The notes under the pieces are model-generated. The model saw only the letters and a list, made by a program, of their open reading frames with translations, made no database searches and had not been told where the DNA came from. A stretch of 57,093 nucleotides of DNA from positions 1 through 57,093 of the forward strand of contig JBDHHQ010000026.1 of assembly GCA_039589315.1 (NCBI GenBank). The letters run 5' to 3'. Made by a program: the position numbers and the translations under genes. Source of the stretch: Gemmatimonadota bacterium. Its GTDB lineage: Bacteria; Gemmatimonadota; Gemmatimonadetes; Longimicrobiales; Gaopeijiaceae. This document shows, piece after piece, positions 28,700-38,990 of the stretch. Position 1 is the stretch's first letter; each line of letters begins with the position of its first letter.

Positions 28700-29979
28700 C
28701 CGCCTCGAGAGTGCCGGTCGACGTCTCGATTCACGGGATCGCGGCCGGTGGCGCCGGGGTCGGACGGCTGCCGAGCGGTAAGACGGTCTTCGTTCACCGG
28801 ACGGCTCCGGGTGATGTGGCACGCGTTACCGTGACCCGGGAGAAGCCGACATGGAGCCAGGGACGCCTTCTCCAGGTCGTGGAAGCGGGCCCCGATCGCG
28901 CGGCGCCGCCCTGTCCTCGCTACGACCAGTGTGGCGGCTGCACCCTCGAGCACCTGACCTACGAAGCCCAGCTCTCGTGGAAGTCCCGCATCGTGCGGGA
29001 CGCGCTCGCGCGTATCGCCGGCTTGGACGTCCCGCTCTCCGACGCCGAGGCGTCACCCTCCCGGCTCCACTACCGGAATCGGGTGACGTTCACCCTGCGG
29101 CGGCTCCGGAGCGGCCGGGTGGTGGCCGGCTTTCACGAGCTCCTCGCACCGGCTCGCGTCCTGGACGTGGGAGGGGAATGCCTTCTTCCCACCGCGCGTC
29201 TGGCCGCCGTCTGGGGGAGCCTCCGGGCGAGCTGGGGAGGCGGGGCTCGGCGGTTGCCGGCGGGAGGACAGCTGCGGCTCACCTTGAGGGAGGCGAGAGA
29301 GGGCGTGATCCTGGGCGTCAAGGGCGGCCGGGACCCGGGCGACCCCGAGGGGCTGCTCCAGGATACCGATGGGCTCGTGGCTATCTGGCACGTGCCCGGT
29401 GCCGGCCGCCCGACCCTTCTGGCCGGCCTGCGCGAAACGACGGACGAATGGCTGGGGGAAACGGTGCCTGTGGGACCTCGAGCCTTTCGCCAGGTCAATC
29501 GGCTCGCCGGAGAGCGACTCCACCGCCGGGTCCTCGAGCTGGCGGGCGCCGGCTCGGTGCATGCGGTCGATGCGTACTGCGGGATCGGGGTGTTCGGCAG
29601 GGCGTTGGCCAGCCGGGGGTGGCGGGTGACGGGCATCGAGCGTGACTCCGAGGCGTGCGCCGCCGCCCGCCTCGATGCTCCCGCGGCGCTCGAGGTACGG
29701 GAAGGACCCGTGGAGGAGCTGCTGGGAGAAGCACTTCCCGCCACGCTCGTGATCGTCAATCCTCCCCGAGCCGGCCTCCACGAGACGGTGCCCGAGCTTC
29801 TCGGTGAGGCACCTCCCGATAGGTTGATCTACGTCAGCTGTGACCCGGCCACCCTGGCCCGGGACCTGGCCCGCCTGGCACCTTGGTTCACCGTGCGCGG
29901 CGTCGACGCGTTCGATCTGTTTCCGCAGACCGCCCACGTCGAGGCCGTGGCCAGCCTGGAACGACGGGAGAGCCGCTGA
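28696..29979 (+). CDS. rlmD: TRAM-domain 23S rRNA m5U methyltransferase (RlmD/TrmA family)
   Basis: TRAM N-terminus, CPRYDQCGGC Fe-S motif, YRNR, FRQVN, YCGIG, NPPRAG, YVSC and DLFPQTAHVE. Confidence 0.85.
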   Translation: MTASRVPVDVSIHGIAAGGAGVGRLPSGKTVFVHRTAPGDVARVTVTREKPTWSQGRLLQVVEAGPDRAAPPCPRYDQCGGCTLEHLTYEAQLSWKSRIVRDALARIAGLDVPLSDAEASPSRLHYRNRVTFTLRRLRSGRVVAGFHELLAPARVLDVGGECLLPTARLAAVWGSLRASWGGGARRLPAGGQLRLTLREAREGVILGVKGGRDPGDPEGLLQDTDGLVAIWHVPGAGRPTLLAGLRETTDEWLGETVPVGPRAFRQVNRLAGERLHRRVLELAGAGSVHAVDAYCGIGVFGRALASRGWRVTGIERDSEACAAARLDAPAALEVREGPVEELLGEALPATLVIVNPPRAGLHETVPELLGEAPPDRLIYVSCDPATLARDLARLAPWFTVRGVDAFDLFPQTAHVEAVASLERRESR

Positions 29980-30491
29980 TGCGATATCACGTCACCATCG
30001 GGAAGCGGTCCCATGTGGTAGCGGTCGAGGGTAGCAGCGTCCTGGTCGACGGTGAGCCCGTCGATGCGACGCTGACGTCTCAGGCCGGTTCCACGGTGAT
30101 GAGGCTCCGGATCGGTGGATCGACGCACCGCCTGGTTCCGGGGCGCTCCGATGCGGGGGTTCGGACGTTCCACCTGAGGGGCCGACGAGTCGTCGCCGAA
30201 GTGGTGGACGAGCGGACTCGGTCGGTCCGGGCGATGGCCGGGGGGGCGGCGGCCGCGCAGCGGGCCGCCAGCGTACGCGCCCCGATGCCGGGACTCGTGG
30301 TCAAGGTCGAGGTCGGCGTGGGCGAATCGGTGGTCCGGGGACAGGGCGTGGCCGTCGTGGAGGCCATGAAGATGGAGAACGAGCTCGTCACGGAGAGCGA
30401 CGGCCGGGTCCTGAACGTCCGCGTCGCCCCCGGTGACACGGTCGAGAAGGGGCAGGTTCTCGTGGATCTCGAGCTTACGGAGAAAGGGTGA
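29979..30491 (+). CDS. biotin carboxyl carrier protein
   Basis: APMPGLV and EAMKMEN biotinylation motif; TGATG overlap with the upstream gene. Confidence 0.92.
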   Translation: MRYHVTIGKRSHVVAVEGSSVLVDGEPVDATLTSQAGSTVMRLRIGGSTHRLVPGRSDAGVRTFHLRGRRVVAEVVDERTRSVRAMAGGAAAAQRAASVRAPMPGLVVKVEVGVGESVVRGQGVAVVEAMKMENELVTESDGRVLNVRVAPGDTVEKGQVLVDLELTEKG

Positions 30492-30494
30492 CGA

Positions 30495-32120
30495 GTGCCC
30501 ATGGAAGCTGAGCGGCAATCGGCCACCTCTGCCGCGGCCGGATCCGAGGACGACGGGCCCATGGCGGAGACGGACAGCGGGATCCCGGTCGCCCCGGTGT
30601 ATGGCCCTGCCGACGCGGGGATGGAACCAGGGGCAGATCTCGCCGGCCCGGGGGCCTTCCCCTTCACCCGCGGCGTCTATCCCGACATGTACCGGGGCCG
30701 CGTCTGGACAATGCGACAGTACGCGGGCTTCGGGACCGCCGAGCAAACCAACGAGCGGTACAACTACCTTCTGGAGCAAGGCACGACGGGCCTGTCCGTC
30801 GCGTTCGACCTGCCCTCGCAGATGGGCTACGACTCGGACCACGCCATGGCCACCGGAGAGGTCGGCAGGGTGGGGGTGGCTATCGACTCGCTGGACGACA
30901 TGCGGGCGCTGTTCCAGGGGATCCCCCTCGACAGCGTGTCCACCTCCATGACGATCAACTCCACCGCGGCCATCCTGCTGGCCATGTACGTGGCGGTGGG
31001 AGACGAGCAGGGCGTGCCGCGGAGCGCCCTGGCAGGGACCGTCCAGAACGACATCCTGAAGGAGTACGTGGCCAGGGGCACGTACATCTATCCGGTGGGA
31101 CCCAGCCTCCGTCTGGTGGCCGACGTGATGGCCTTCTGCGCTCGGGAGGTCCCCCGATGGAATACCATCTCGATCTCGGGCTACCACATTCGGGAAGCGG
31201 GCGCCACCGCACCACAGGAAGTGGCATTCACCTTCGCGAACGGCCTCGAGTACGTCGAGGCCGCGCTATCGCGGGGGATCGAGCTGGAGGCCTTCGCTCC
31301 GCGCCTGTCGTTCTTCTTCGCGGCTCACAACGACCTCCTGGAAGAGGTGGCCAAGTTCAGGGCCGCCCGTCGCCTCTGGGCGCGGCTCATGCGAGAGCGG
31401 TACGGCGCTTCGGACCGTGCGTGCCGTCTGCGGTTCCACACGCAGACGGGTGGCTCCACGCTCACGGCCCAGCAGCCCCTGAACAACGTGGTGCGGGTCA
31501 CGTTGCAGGCCCTCGCGTCCGTGCTCGGCGGCACCCAATCGCTGCACACGAACGGCTACGACGAAGCTCTGGCGCTCCCTACCGAGGCGTCGGCTCGGAT
31601 CGCCCTCAGAACACAGCAGGTCCTGGCCCACGAGTCCGGCGTCGCTCGCACCGCCGACCCGCTGGGCGGGAGCTACTTCGTCGAAGCGCTCACCGACGAG
31701 GTCGAGACCCGTGCTCGGGCCTACCTCGAGCGAATCGAGGAGCTGGGCGGAGCCGCGCAGGCGGTGGGCTATATGCAGGAGGAGATCCACCGCGCAGCAT
31801 ATCGCTTTCAACAAGAGGTGGAGACGAGGGCACGCATCGTGGTCGGGGTCAACAAGTTCGAGGAGGGAGCAAGTGCCTCGCGGATCGCCTCGCCCGACTA
31901 CGGAGCCCTCGAGGCGACGCAGCGACAGAAGCTCGAGACGCTGCGCACCCGACGCAGCGCCTCGGAGGTGGACGCTGCTCTGGCCGCAATCCGCCAGGCC
32001 GCGGATGGAGACGACAACCTCCTGCCCCACATGATCCACGCCGTGCGCTCTTTCGCGACGCTGGGCGAGATCAGCGACGTGCTGCGGGACGCCTGGGGTC
32101 AGTACGACGCATCCGGGTGA
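30495..32120 (+). CDS. methylmalonyl-CoA mutase, substrate-binding (large) subunit without a B12 domain
   Basis: [15 protein letters not shown] (Tyr), [11 protein letters not shown] (Arg), [10 protein letters not shown] and GGTQSLHTN; no DxHxxG motif. Confidence 0.93.
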   Translation: MPMEAERQSATSAAAGSEDDGPMAETDSGIPVAPVYGPADAGMEPGADLAGPGAFPFTRGVYPDMYRGRVWTMRQYAGFGTAEQTNERYNYLLEQGTTGLSVAFDLPSQMGYDSDHAMATGEVGRVGVAIDSLDDMRALFQGIPLDSVSTSMTINSTAAILLAMYVAVGDEQGVPRSALAGTVQNDILKEYVARGTYIYPVGPSLRLVADVMAFCAREVPRWNTISISGYHIREAGATAPQEVAFTFANGLEYVEAALSRGIELEAFAPRLSFFFAAHNDLLEEVAKFRAARRLWARLMRERYGASDRACRLRFHTQTGGSTLTAQQPLNNVVRVTLQALASVLGGTQSLHTNGYDEALALPTEASARIALRTQQVLAHESGVARTADPLGGSYFVEALTDEVETRARAYLERIEELGGAAQAVGYMQEEIHRAAYRFQQEVETRARIVVGVNKFEEGASASRIASPDYGALEATQRQKLETLRTRRSASEVDAALAAIRQAADGDDNLLPHMIHAVRSFATLGEISDVLRDAWGQYDASG

Positions 32121-32145
32121 CCGGAATGCGGTTCATCGTTAGCTT
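32117..32145 (+). promoter_or_regulatory. sigma70-type promoter for fmdB-argS
   Basis: GTGACC-17 nt-TAGCTT, nearly identical to the rpsA promoter. Confidence 0.45.
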
Positions 32146-32198
32146 TTCGCTTTGCCACGTTCAGTCCGAAACCCGAGACCTCTCGATCGAAAGCGCTG

Positions 32199-32507
32199 AT
32201 GCCGACCTACGAGTACCGCTGCTCCAACGGTCACGACTTCGAGCTGTTTCAACGGATGTCCGACGAGGCCGTCGACACGTGCCCCGAGTGCGGGGCGGAC
32301 GCGCAGCGCCTCTTGTCGGCCGGCGCGGGCCTCTTGTTCAAGGGCGACGGGTTCTACATCACGGACTCCCGGAAGGACGATTACAAGAAGAAGGCCGCGT
32401 CCGAGAAGCGCGGGTCCGGCGGCGCCGAATCGTCCGAATCGGCCGAGAAGCCCGACAAGGCTTCGACTGACTCCAGCAAGACTTCCAGCACCTCGAGCGA
32501 CGACTGA
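32199..32507 (+). CDS. FmdB family zinc-ribbon protein
   Basis: MPTYEYRC..GH.FE...CPECG...FKGDGFYITD followed by a low-complexity tail. Confidence 0.92.
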   Translation: MPTYEYRCSNGHDFELFQRMSDEAVDTCPECGADAQRLLSAGAGLLFKGDGFYITDSRKDDYKKKAASEKRGSGGAESSESAEKPDKASTDSSKTSSTSSDD

Positions 32508-32536
32508 GCGGCGGCCCGACAGGGAGCGAGGGCAAC

Positions 32537-34237
32537 ATGACCATGGCCCACGACAGCATCCGCGTCGCCGTCCAGGAGGTACTTCGGGAGCTGGGCGCCG
32601 ACGGCGCCGAGATTCGTCTCGAACGCCCCCGGGACCCCAGTCACGGTGACGTCGCGACGAGCGTAGCCCTCACGCTTGCGGGTCGGCTCGGGCGTCCTCC
32701 AAGGCAGATCGCCGAGGAGATCGTGCAGCGACTGGACCGGACCCGGGCGGGGGTCGATCGGGCCGAGGTGGCGGGCCCCGGCTTCATCAACTTCCACCTC
32801 GCCTCCAGGGACCTGGCAGCCGGCCTGCGCGAGATCATCGCCCGGGGTGGGGACTACGGCCGGTCGGAGGAGGGGGCAGGGCGCGCTCACATGGTGGAGT
32901 TCGTCTCCGCCAACCCCACCGGGCCGCTGCATCTGGGACACGGCCGTCAAGCGGCTCTGGGCGACGCCCTCGCTTCCTTGTTGGAGTGGACGGGCTGGGC
33001 CGTCCATCGCGAGTTCTACTACAACGATGCCGGCGTACAGATCGAGCGCTTGGCGCGCAGCGTATGGGCACGGTACCGGCAGCTCCTGGGTCGGGACGAG
33101 GCGGTCCCGGAGGACGGGTACCACGGCGCCTACGTCCGGGACGTGGCCGAACGACTGACCGATATCGCGGGTGACCGTTACGCGGCCGCCGACAGCGCTG
33201 AGGCCCTCGACGCGATCCGCCGATTCGCCGTGCAGACGCTCAGGGAAGAGCAGGACCGGGACCTGGGAGAGTTCCGCGTCGACTTCGACTGCCACTACCT
33301 CGAGTCGTCCCTCTACACCGACGGACGGGTCACCGAAACCCTGGCGGCTTTGGAGAAGACCGGCCTCGCCTACGAGCGCGACGGCGCGATCTGGTTCCGC
33401 TCCAGCGAGTTCGGGGACCAGAAGGACCGGGTCATGGTCAAGAGCGACGGGCAGCCCACGTATTTCCTGCCGGACGTCGCCTACCACCTGACCAAGTGGG
33501 AGCGGGGCTTCCACCACGTCATCAACGTCCAGGGTTCGGATCACCACGGCACGGTGGCCCGGGTCCGGGCCGGTCTTCAGGCCCTGGGACTGCCCGAGGG
33601 GTACCCGGAGTACGTCCTCCACCAGATGGTCACCGTGGAGCGCGACGGCAGGGAGGTGAAGTTCTCCAAGCGGGCGGGCTCCTACACGACGCTGCGGGAG
33701 CTGTTCGAGGAGGTCGGCGTCGACGTGGTCCGGTACTTCTTCCAGATGCGCAAGCCGGACGCCCACCTGGTCTTCGACCTGGACATGGCGCTGGACCAAT
33801 CCGAGAAGAACCCGGTCTACAAGATCCAGTACGCCCACGCACGTATGTGCAGCATCTTCGCCAAGGCGGGTCTCGACGCCGAGGCTTTCGATCCCTCCGT
33901 CGTCGACTTCGCACTGCTGGAGCATCCCCTCGAGCGGGAGCTGGTCAAGCAGCTGTCCGAGTTCCCCCGGATCGTGGCCCGAGCGGCCGAAGTGAGAGGC
34001 CCCCACGTGGTGTGCGATTATCTGGAGAAGACGGCTGGCGCCGTTAACTCGTGGTATCACGCGGGGAACCCGACGAGGAATCCCGAGCTGGCCGTGCTGA
34101 TCGAAGACCCGGGCCTCAGGACGGCCCGTCTCGCGTTGGCACGAGCCGTGCAGATCGTCCTGCGCAATGGCCTCTCCCTCCTGGGGATCTCGAGTCCCCG
34201 CCGCTTGGAGCGTGAGCTGGCGGAGTCACCTTCGTAG
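32537..34237 (+). CDS. argS: arginine--tRNA ligase
   Basis: AGPGFINF, EFVSANPTGPLHLGHGR, KFSKRAG and QYAHAR. Confidence 0.97.
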   Translation: MTMAHDSIRVAVQEVLRELGADGAEIRLERPRDPSHGDVATSVALTLAGRLGRPPRQIAEEIVQRLDRTRAGVDRAEVAGPGFINFHLASRDLAAGLREIIARGGDYGRSEEGAGRAHMVEFVSANPTGPLHLGHGRQAALGDALASLLEWTGWAVHREFYYNDAGVQIERLARSVWARYRQLLGRDEAVPEDGYHGAYVRDVAERLTDIAGDRYAAADSAEALDAIRRFAVQTLREEQDRDLGEFRVDFDCHYLESSLYTDGRVTETLAALEKTGLAYERDGAIWFRSSEFGDQKDRVMVKSDGQPTYFLPDVAYHLTKWERGFHHVINVQGSDHHGTVARVRAGLQALGLPEGYPEYVLHQMVTVERDGREVKFSKRAGSYTTLRELFEEVGVDVVRYFFQMRKPDAHLVFDLDMALDQSEKNPVYKIQYAHARMCSIFAKAGLDAEAFDPSVVDFALLEHPLERELVKQLSEFPRIVARAAEVRGPHVVCDYLEKTAGAVNSWYHAGNPTRNPELAVLIEDPGLRTARLALARAVQIVLRNGLSLLGISSPRRLERELAESPS

Positions 34238-34260
34238 CCCTCGAGGAAGAGAGCTCGCGC

Positions 34261-35187
34261 ATGTCCATTCTCGTGGTCGGAAGCGTGGCGTTGGACACGG
34301 TGAAGACCCCCTTCGGTGAGGCCGACGAAGTGCTCGGCGGCTCGGCGGTCTTCTTCAGCGCCGCTGCGTCGCTGTTCAGCCCGGTGGCCGTGGTGGCCGT
34401 GGTGGGAGACGACTACCCGGTCGACCGACTCGGCTTCCTGGAAGGGCGGGGGGTCGATCTCGGTGGTTTGGAGACAGCCCCCGGCAGGAGCTTCCGGTGG
34501 GGTGGCACGTACGCCTACGACCTCAATTCGCGCAGCACCGACTTCACGGAGCTCGGGGTCTTCGCCGACTTCAACCCCAAGATCCCCGAGCCCTTCCGGA
34601 ACAGTGAGTTCGTCTTCCTCGGCAACATCGATCCGGCCCTCCAGCTGGAAGTGCTGAGACAGGTGCGGAACCCCGGTCTGGTGGTGTGCGACACCATGAA
34701 CTACTGGATCGAAGGCCGCGGCTCGGCGCTACTCGAGCTCCTGCCACACGTCGACATCCTCATGGTGAACGACGAGGAGGCGAGGCAGCTCGCCGACCAC
34801 CACAACGTGCTGGTGGCGGCTCGGCGCATCCAGAAGCTCGGGCCGAGCATGGTCGTCGTGAAGAAGGGCGAGCACGGGGCGGCCATCTTCAGTGAAGACA
34901 CCATGTTCTTCATACCCGGCTACCCGTTGGAGGAAGTCTTCGACCCAACCGGGGCGGGCGATTCCTTCGCCGGAGGGTTCATGGGCTACCTGGCCCGCAG
35001 CGGTGCCAAGGATGATGGGGACTACCGTCGGGCCATGGTGTATGGCTCGGCCATGGGTTCATTCGCGGTGGAGAGGTTCAGCGTCGAGCGGTTCCGGGAC
35101 CTCTCCATGTCGCACGTTCACGAGCGCGTGGAGGAGTTTCGCGAGATGACGACATTCGAGCATGCGATCACCGATGTCACGGCCTGA
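34261..35187 (+). CDS. PfkB family carbohydrate/nucleoside kinase
   Basis: VVGSVALD, LGGS, NDEEA and DPTGAGDSFAGG. Confidence 0.92.
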   Translation: MSILVVGSVALDTVKTPFGEADEVLGGSAVFFSAAASLFSPVAVVAVVGDDYPVDRLGFLEGRGVDLGGLETAPGRSFRWGGTYAYDLNSRSTDFTELGVFADFNPKIPEPFRNSEFVFLGNIDPALQLEVLRQVRNPGLVVCDTMNYWIEGRGSALLELLPHVDILMVNDEEARQLADHHNVLVAARRIQKLGPSMVVVKKGEHGAAIFSEDTMFFIPGYPLEEVFDPTGAGDSFAGGFMGYLARSGAKDDGDYRRAMVYGSAMGSFAVERFSVERFRDLSMSHVHERVEEFREMTTFEHAITDVTA

Positions 35188-36217
35188 GGCCCAAGCACTC
35201 TCGTACAGCGCAGCGGGCGTCGACCTGGACGCCGCCGAGCGAGCCAAGGCGTCGCTCGCCGACCTGGTCGCTTCCACCCGGGATGGCAACACCCTTTCGG
35301 AGATGGGGCTCTTCGGCGGACTGTACGCGGTGCCATCCGGGGTGACGGCTCCCGTGCTGGTGTCCAGCGCGGACGGTGTGGGGACCAAGCTCAAGCTGGC
35401 CTTCCTCACCGGCCGTCACGGGACCGTGGGCCAGGACCTGGTCAACCACTGCGTCAACGACATCCTGGTCCAGGGCGCACGACCCCTGTTCTTCCTGGAC
35501 TACCTGGCCACGGGCGAGATGGACGAGCAGGTGGTCACGGAGGTCGTGGCCGGCCTGGCCACGGCCTGCCGGGAGAACGGATGCGCGCTGCTCGGCGGCG
35601 AGACCGCCCAGATGCCCGACTTCTACGCGGCCGGCGAATACGATCTGGCCGGGTTCATCGTCGGGCTGGTGGAGCGGGACCGCGTGCTCGACGGCTCCCG
35701 GGTGAAGGCCGGGGACATCCTCGTCGGGATCGGCTCCAGCGGGCTGCACACGAACGGCTACACGCTGGCTCGGGCCATCGTCTTCGATCGCATGGGCCTC
35801 GGGGTGGACGATCCGTTTCCGGCCGCCGACGAAACCGTCGGCGAGGTCCTGCTCCGCGTCCACCGAAGCTACCTGACGAGCTTGGCGCCGCTCCTGGCCG
35901 AGGAGACCATCCATGGGCTGGCCCACGTCACCGGCGGAGGCATACCCGGCAACCTGCCGCGGACCCTCCCGACCGGCCTCGGCGCGGCCGTGGACCGCAC
36001 GACCTGGGACGTGCCGTCCCTCTTCCAGGTGCTCCGGGACGGGGGCAGCGTGGACGGCGACGAGATGTACCGGGTATTCAACATGGGCGTGGGCATGATC
36101 GCCATCGTGCCTCCCCGCTGGGCCGCTGACACGGTGGCCCGGCTCGAGGCCGCCGGGGAGACCGCCTGGATCATGGGCGAGGTCGAGGACGGCGAGGCGG
36201 TGCGCTTCAGGGGATGA
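35174..36217 (+). CDS. purM: phosphoribosylformylglycinamidine cyclo-ligase
   Basis: YSAAGVD, DGVGTK, GGETAQMP, SSGLHTNGY, HVTGGG and FNMGVG. Confidence 0.97.
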   Translation: MSRPEAQALSYSAAGVDLDAAERAKASLADLVASTRDGNTLSEMGLFGGLYAVPSGVTAPVLVSSADGVGTKLKLAFLTGRHGTVGQDLVNHCVNDILVQGARPLFFLDYLATGEMDEQVVTEVVAGLATACRENGCALLGGETAQMPDFYAAGEYDLAGFIVGLVERDRVLDGSRVKAGDILVGIGSSGLHTNGYTLARAIVFDRMGLGVDDPFPAADETVGEVLLRVHRSYLTSLAPLLAEETIHGLAHVTGGGIPGNLPRTLPTGLGAAVDRTTWDVPSLFQVLRDGGSVDGDEMYRVFNMGVGMIAIVPPRWAADTVARLEAAGETAWIMGEVEDGEAVRFRG

Positions 36218-37158
36218 GGCACTGGCCGTCGCTCCTCGCCGCCGTCGGGGCTGCGGCGCCTCTGGCGGCTCAGGGCGTCGGGGACGTCGCCGAGCTGTGT
36301 GCCGGGGCAGGGGATCCGGCCGATCGCGCGTGGTGCACGGAGATCGCACTCGGGGTGCAGGCGGCGCAGGGCGACGTGGCGCTCCTCAGCTCCGGTGGCG
36401 CGGCCCTTCCGGGAGCCGTCAGCACGTTGGGCAAGAGGGTCGGCTCCTCCCCCCGCCTCTCCTTCTCCGGCAGACTGGCGCTCGTGGGCTTCGAGGCGCC
36501 CGACCTGAGTGATCCCACCGTCGTGCCGGCGCCTGGCGCCTCCGCGCTGGCCCCCGCGCTGCACGGTGCCTTTGGGATCGGCCTCTTCCGGGGCTTCTCG
36601 CCTTCACCCACGGTGGGTGGACTCCTGGCGTTGGACGTGCTGGCGACTGGCAGCGCTCTCTTTCCACCGGGATCACTCGGCTACAGCGGCTCGAAGCTGG
36701 GATATGGCCTCGGCTTGCGTCTGGGCGTCTTCCGGGAGTCGTTCACGCTGCCGGGTATCACCCTGTCCGTGACTCAGCGCTGGGTTCAGGACCTACGCTT
36801 CAGCGGGATCGGCCCAGACGACGACGCGGCGGAGCTCGGGTTGAGCACGACATCGCTTCGCGCTCTGATCGGCAAGGACCTCTGGGGCCTGGGCTTCATC
36901 GGGGGCCTGGGGTGGGACCGGAGCAGCTCCGACGGGACGGTCCCCACCGCAGACGGCGGCACGGCCACGTTCGACGACTTCACGAACGGTCGAGGGCTTC
37001 TGTTCGTGGGGGCCTCGTGGAGCTACTTCCTGATCCAGCTCTCGGGCGAGGGCGGTTGGGCTTCCGGCTGGAGCGCCCCGGACGGACGCGGGGCTGGCGG
37101 CTACGACCCGGGATCCGGCCGGTGGTTCGCCGGACTGGCCTTCCGCCTCATCTACTGA
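36214..37158 (+). CDS. hypothetical exported beta-barrel protein
   Basis: Signal peptide, amphipathic strands and C-terminal AFRLIY; ATGA overlap with purM. Confidence 0.65.
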   Translation: MRHWPSLLAAVGAAAPLAAQGVGDVAELCAGAGDPADRAWCTEIALGVQAAQGDVALLSSGGAALPGAVSTLGKRVGSSPRLSFSGRLALVGFEAPDLSDPTVVPAPGASALAPALHGAFGIGLFRGFSPSPTVGGLLALDVLATGSALFPPGSLGYSGSKLGYGLGLRLGVFRESFTLPGITLSVTQRWVQDLRFSGIGPDDDAAELGLSTTSLRALIGKDLWGLGFIGGLGWDRSSSDGTVPTADGGTATFDDFTNGRGLLFVGASWSYFLIQLSGEGGWASGWSAPDGRGAGGYDPGSGRWFAGLAFRLIY

Positions 37159-37173
37159 GTCGACGGTCCACGC

Positions 37174-38289
37174 ATGCGTCACTTGTCGCCCACGGACCAG
37201 AGCCACCTTCGCCGGGCAATGCGCCTGGCGGAGAAGGGGCGTGGCAGGGTGCACCCGAATCCCGTCGTGGGCTGCGTGTTGGTGCGCGACGGTGAGGTGG
37301 TGGGAGAGGGATTCCACCAGAGCTACGGCGGCCCCCACGCAGAGGTGATCGCCCTCGACGCGGCCAGCGAGCGGGCCCGAGGAGGCACCGCCTACGTAAG
37401 CTTGGAGCCGTGTGATCACAGCGGGAAGACCCCCCCCTGCACGGAGGCTCTGCGCGACGCCGGCGTCCGGCGGGTCGTGTACGCCGCCGCGGACCCTGGA
37501 CCGGGGAACGGCGGCGGCGCGAAGCTCCGGGCCTGGGGCCTCGACGTCGTGGGCCCGACCTCCGCCGAGGCCGAGGTCGTACGGCAGAACCGGGCCTTCT
37601 TCCGGGTTCAGAAGGACGGCCTCCCCTACGTGGCCCTCAAACTGGCCATGTCTCTGGACGGGCGCATCGCGGCTGAACCCGGGCAGCGCACGACCCTCAC
37701 CGGTCCGACTGCAGGACGGCGGGTGCACGCGCTCCGGCGGGAGTTCGACGGCATCCTGGTAGGCACGACCACGGCTACCGTGGACGACCCGTTCCTGACG
37801 GTTCGGGACGACGATCCGGTGCCTCGGCCCCCAGCGCGGATCCTCATCGACCGCACCGCGTCCCTCTCGCCCGAAGCCCGGGTGTTCCGTGACGCGGACT
37901 CGGTACCCGTCCACCTGTTCGTCGCACCGGAGTCGCTGCCCGCCCGCCGTGAAGCGCTGTCGGCGGTCGGCGCCCGGGTGCACGTCGTTCCCACGGGCGG
38001 CGGCGGCCTCGATCTGGCTGCCGTCCTGGACGTCCTCTGGCGACTGGAGGTCCGGACGATCCTGTGCGAGGGCGGGGGAGTGCTGGGGGCCGCCCTGCTC
38101 CGGGAGGGCCTCGTTCAACGCCTCTACCTCTTCCTGTCGCCCCGGGTGCTCGGGCCGGCCGCTGTGGCGGCCTTCCCCGACGCGCGAGCGTTTCCGGACC
38201 CGGAAGGGTGGACGCCGCACCCTGGCGTGGAGACCTTTGGGTCTGACGTACTCATCACGTACGACTATCGCGGGAGTGATCAGGCCTGA
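37174..38289 (+). CDS. ribD: riboflavin biosynthesis deaminase/reductase
   Basis: PNPVVG, HAE, LEPC..G.TPPC, SLDGRIA and EGG. Confidence 0.96.
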   Translation: MRHLSPTDQSHLRRAMRLAEKGRGRVHPNPVVGCVLVRDGEVVGEGFHQSYGGPHAEVIALDAASERARGGTAYVSLEPCDHSGKTPPCTEALRDAGVRRVVYAAADPGPGNGGGAKLRAWGLDVVGPTSAEAEVVRQNRAFFRVQKDGLPYVALKLAMSLDGRIAAEPGQRTTLTGPTAGRRVHALRREFDGILVGTTTATVDDPFLTVRDDDPVPRPPARILIDRTASLSPEARVFRDADSVPVHLFVAPESLPARREALSAVGARVHVVPTGGGGLDLAAVLDVLWRLEVRTILCEGGGVLGAALLREGLVQRLYLFLSPRVLGPAAVAAFPDARAFPDPEGWTPHPGVETFGSDVLITYDYRGSDQA

Positions 38290-38930
38290 TGTTCACCGGG
38301 ATCATCGAGGAAGTCGGCACAGTGGCCCGGGCGGCGGACCGGCACGACACGCGCGAGATCGTCATCGAGGCGCCCGGCATCGCTTCGGAGCTGGATCTGG
38401 GCGACTCCGTGTCGCTGGACGGTGCCTGTCAGACGGTGGTCCGCGCCGACGGGGACCGGTTCACCGTGGAGAGCATCGGCACGACGCTCTCTCGCACCGT
38501 GCTGGGTGGATACCGGGTGGGCACGCGCGTCAACCTCGAGCGAGCCATGGTGCTGGGCCGTCGCCTGGACGGACACCTCGTGCAGGGGCACGTGGACGGC
38601 GTCGGCGAGCTCACCTCGTGTCGCCAAGAAGGTGGATTCTGGATGCTGGACTTCCGCATCCCGCCGGACGTGTGGCGGCAGACCATTCTGCACGGATCCA
38701 TCGCCATCAACGGAATCAGCCTTACCGTGAACCGCCTCGACCCACCGGATCAGTGCCAGGTCGGGATCATCCCTCACACGTGGGAGCACACCAATCTCAA
38801 GGACTTACGGCCATCCGATCGAGTGAATCTGGAGGGGGATCTGATCGGGAAGTACGTGGGTAGGATGCTTGCGTCCCGAGAGCCGGATTCTGGCCTCGGG
38901 CTCGGGGAGATCGAGAAACTTGGATACTGA
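38289..38930 (+). CDS. ribE: riboflavin synthase
   Basis: [18 protein letters not shown] and GISLT. Confidence 0.96.
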   Translation: MFTGIIEEVGTVARAADRHDTREIVIEAPGIASELDLGDSVSLDGACQTVVRADGDRFTVESIGTTLSRTVLGGYRVGTRVNLERAMVLGRRLDGHLVQGHVDGVGELTSCRQEGGFWMLDFRIPPDVWRQTILHGSIAINGISLTVNRLDPPDQCQVGIIPHTWEHTNLKDLRPSDRVNLEGDLIGKYVGRMLASREPDSGLGLGEIEKLGY

Positions 38931-38990
38931 TGCGCTTCGGGTGTTCGCCTGCGGCCACACAGCGAGCGGATCCGGAAGAAGGAGGCGTGC

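Noticed and set aside
37159..38990. FMN riboswitch for the rib genes
   Set aside because: There is only 15 nt before ribD and no RFN consensus anywhere.
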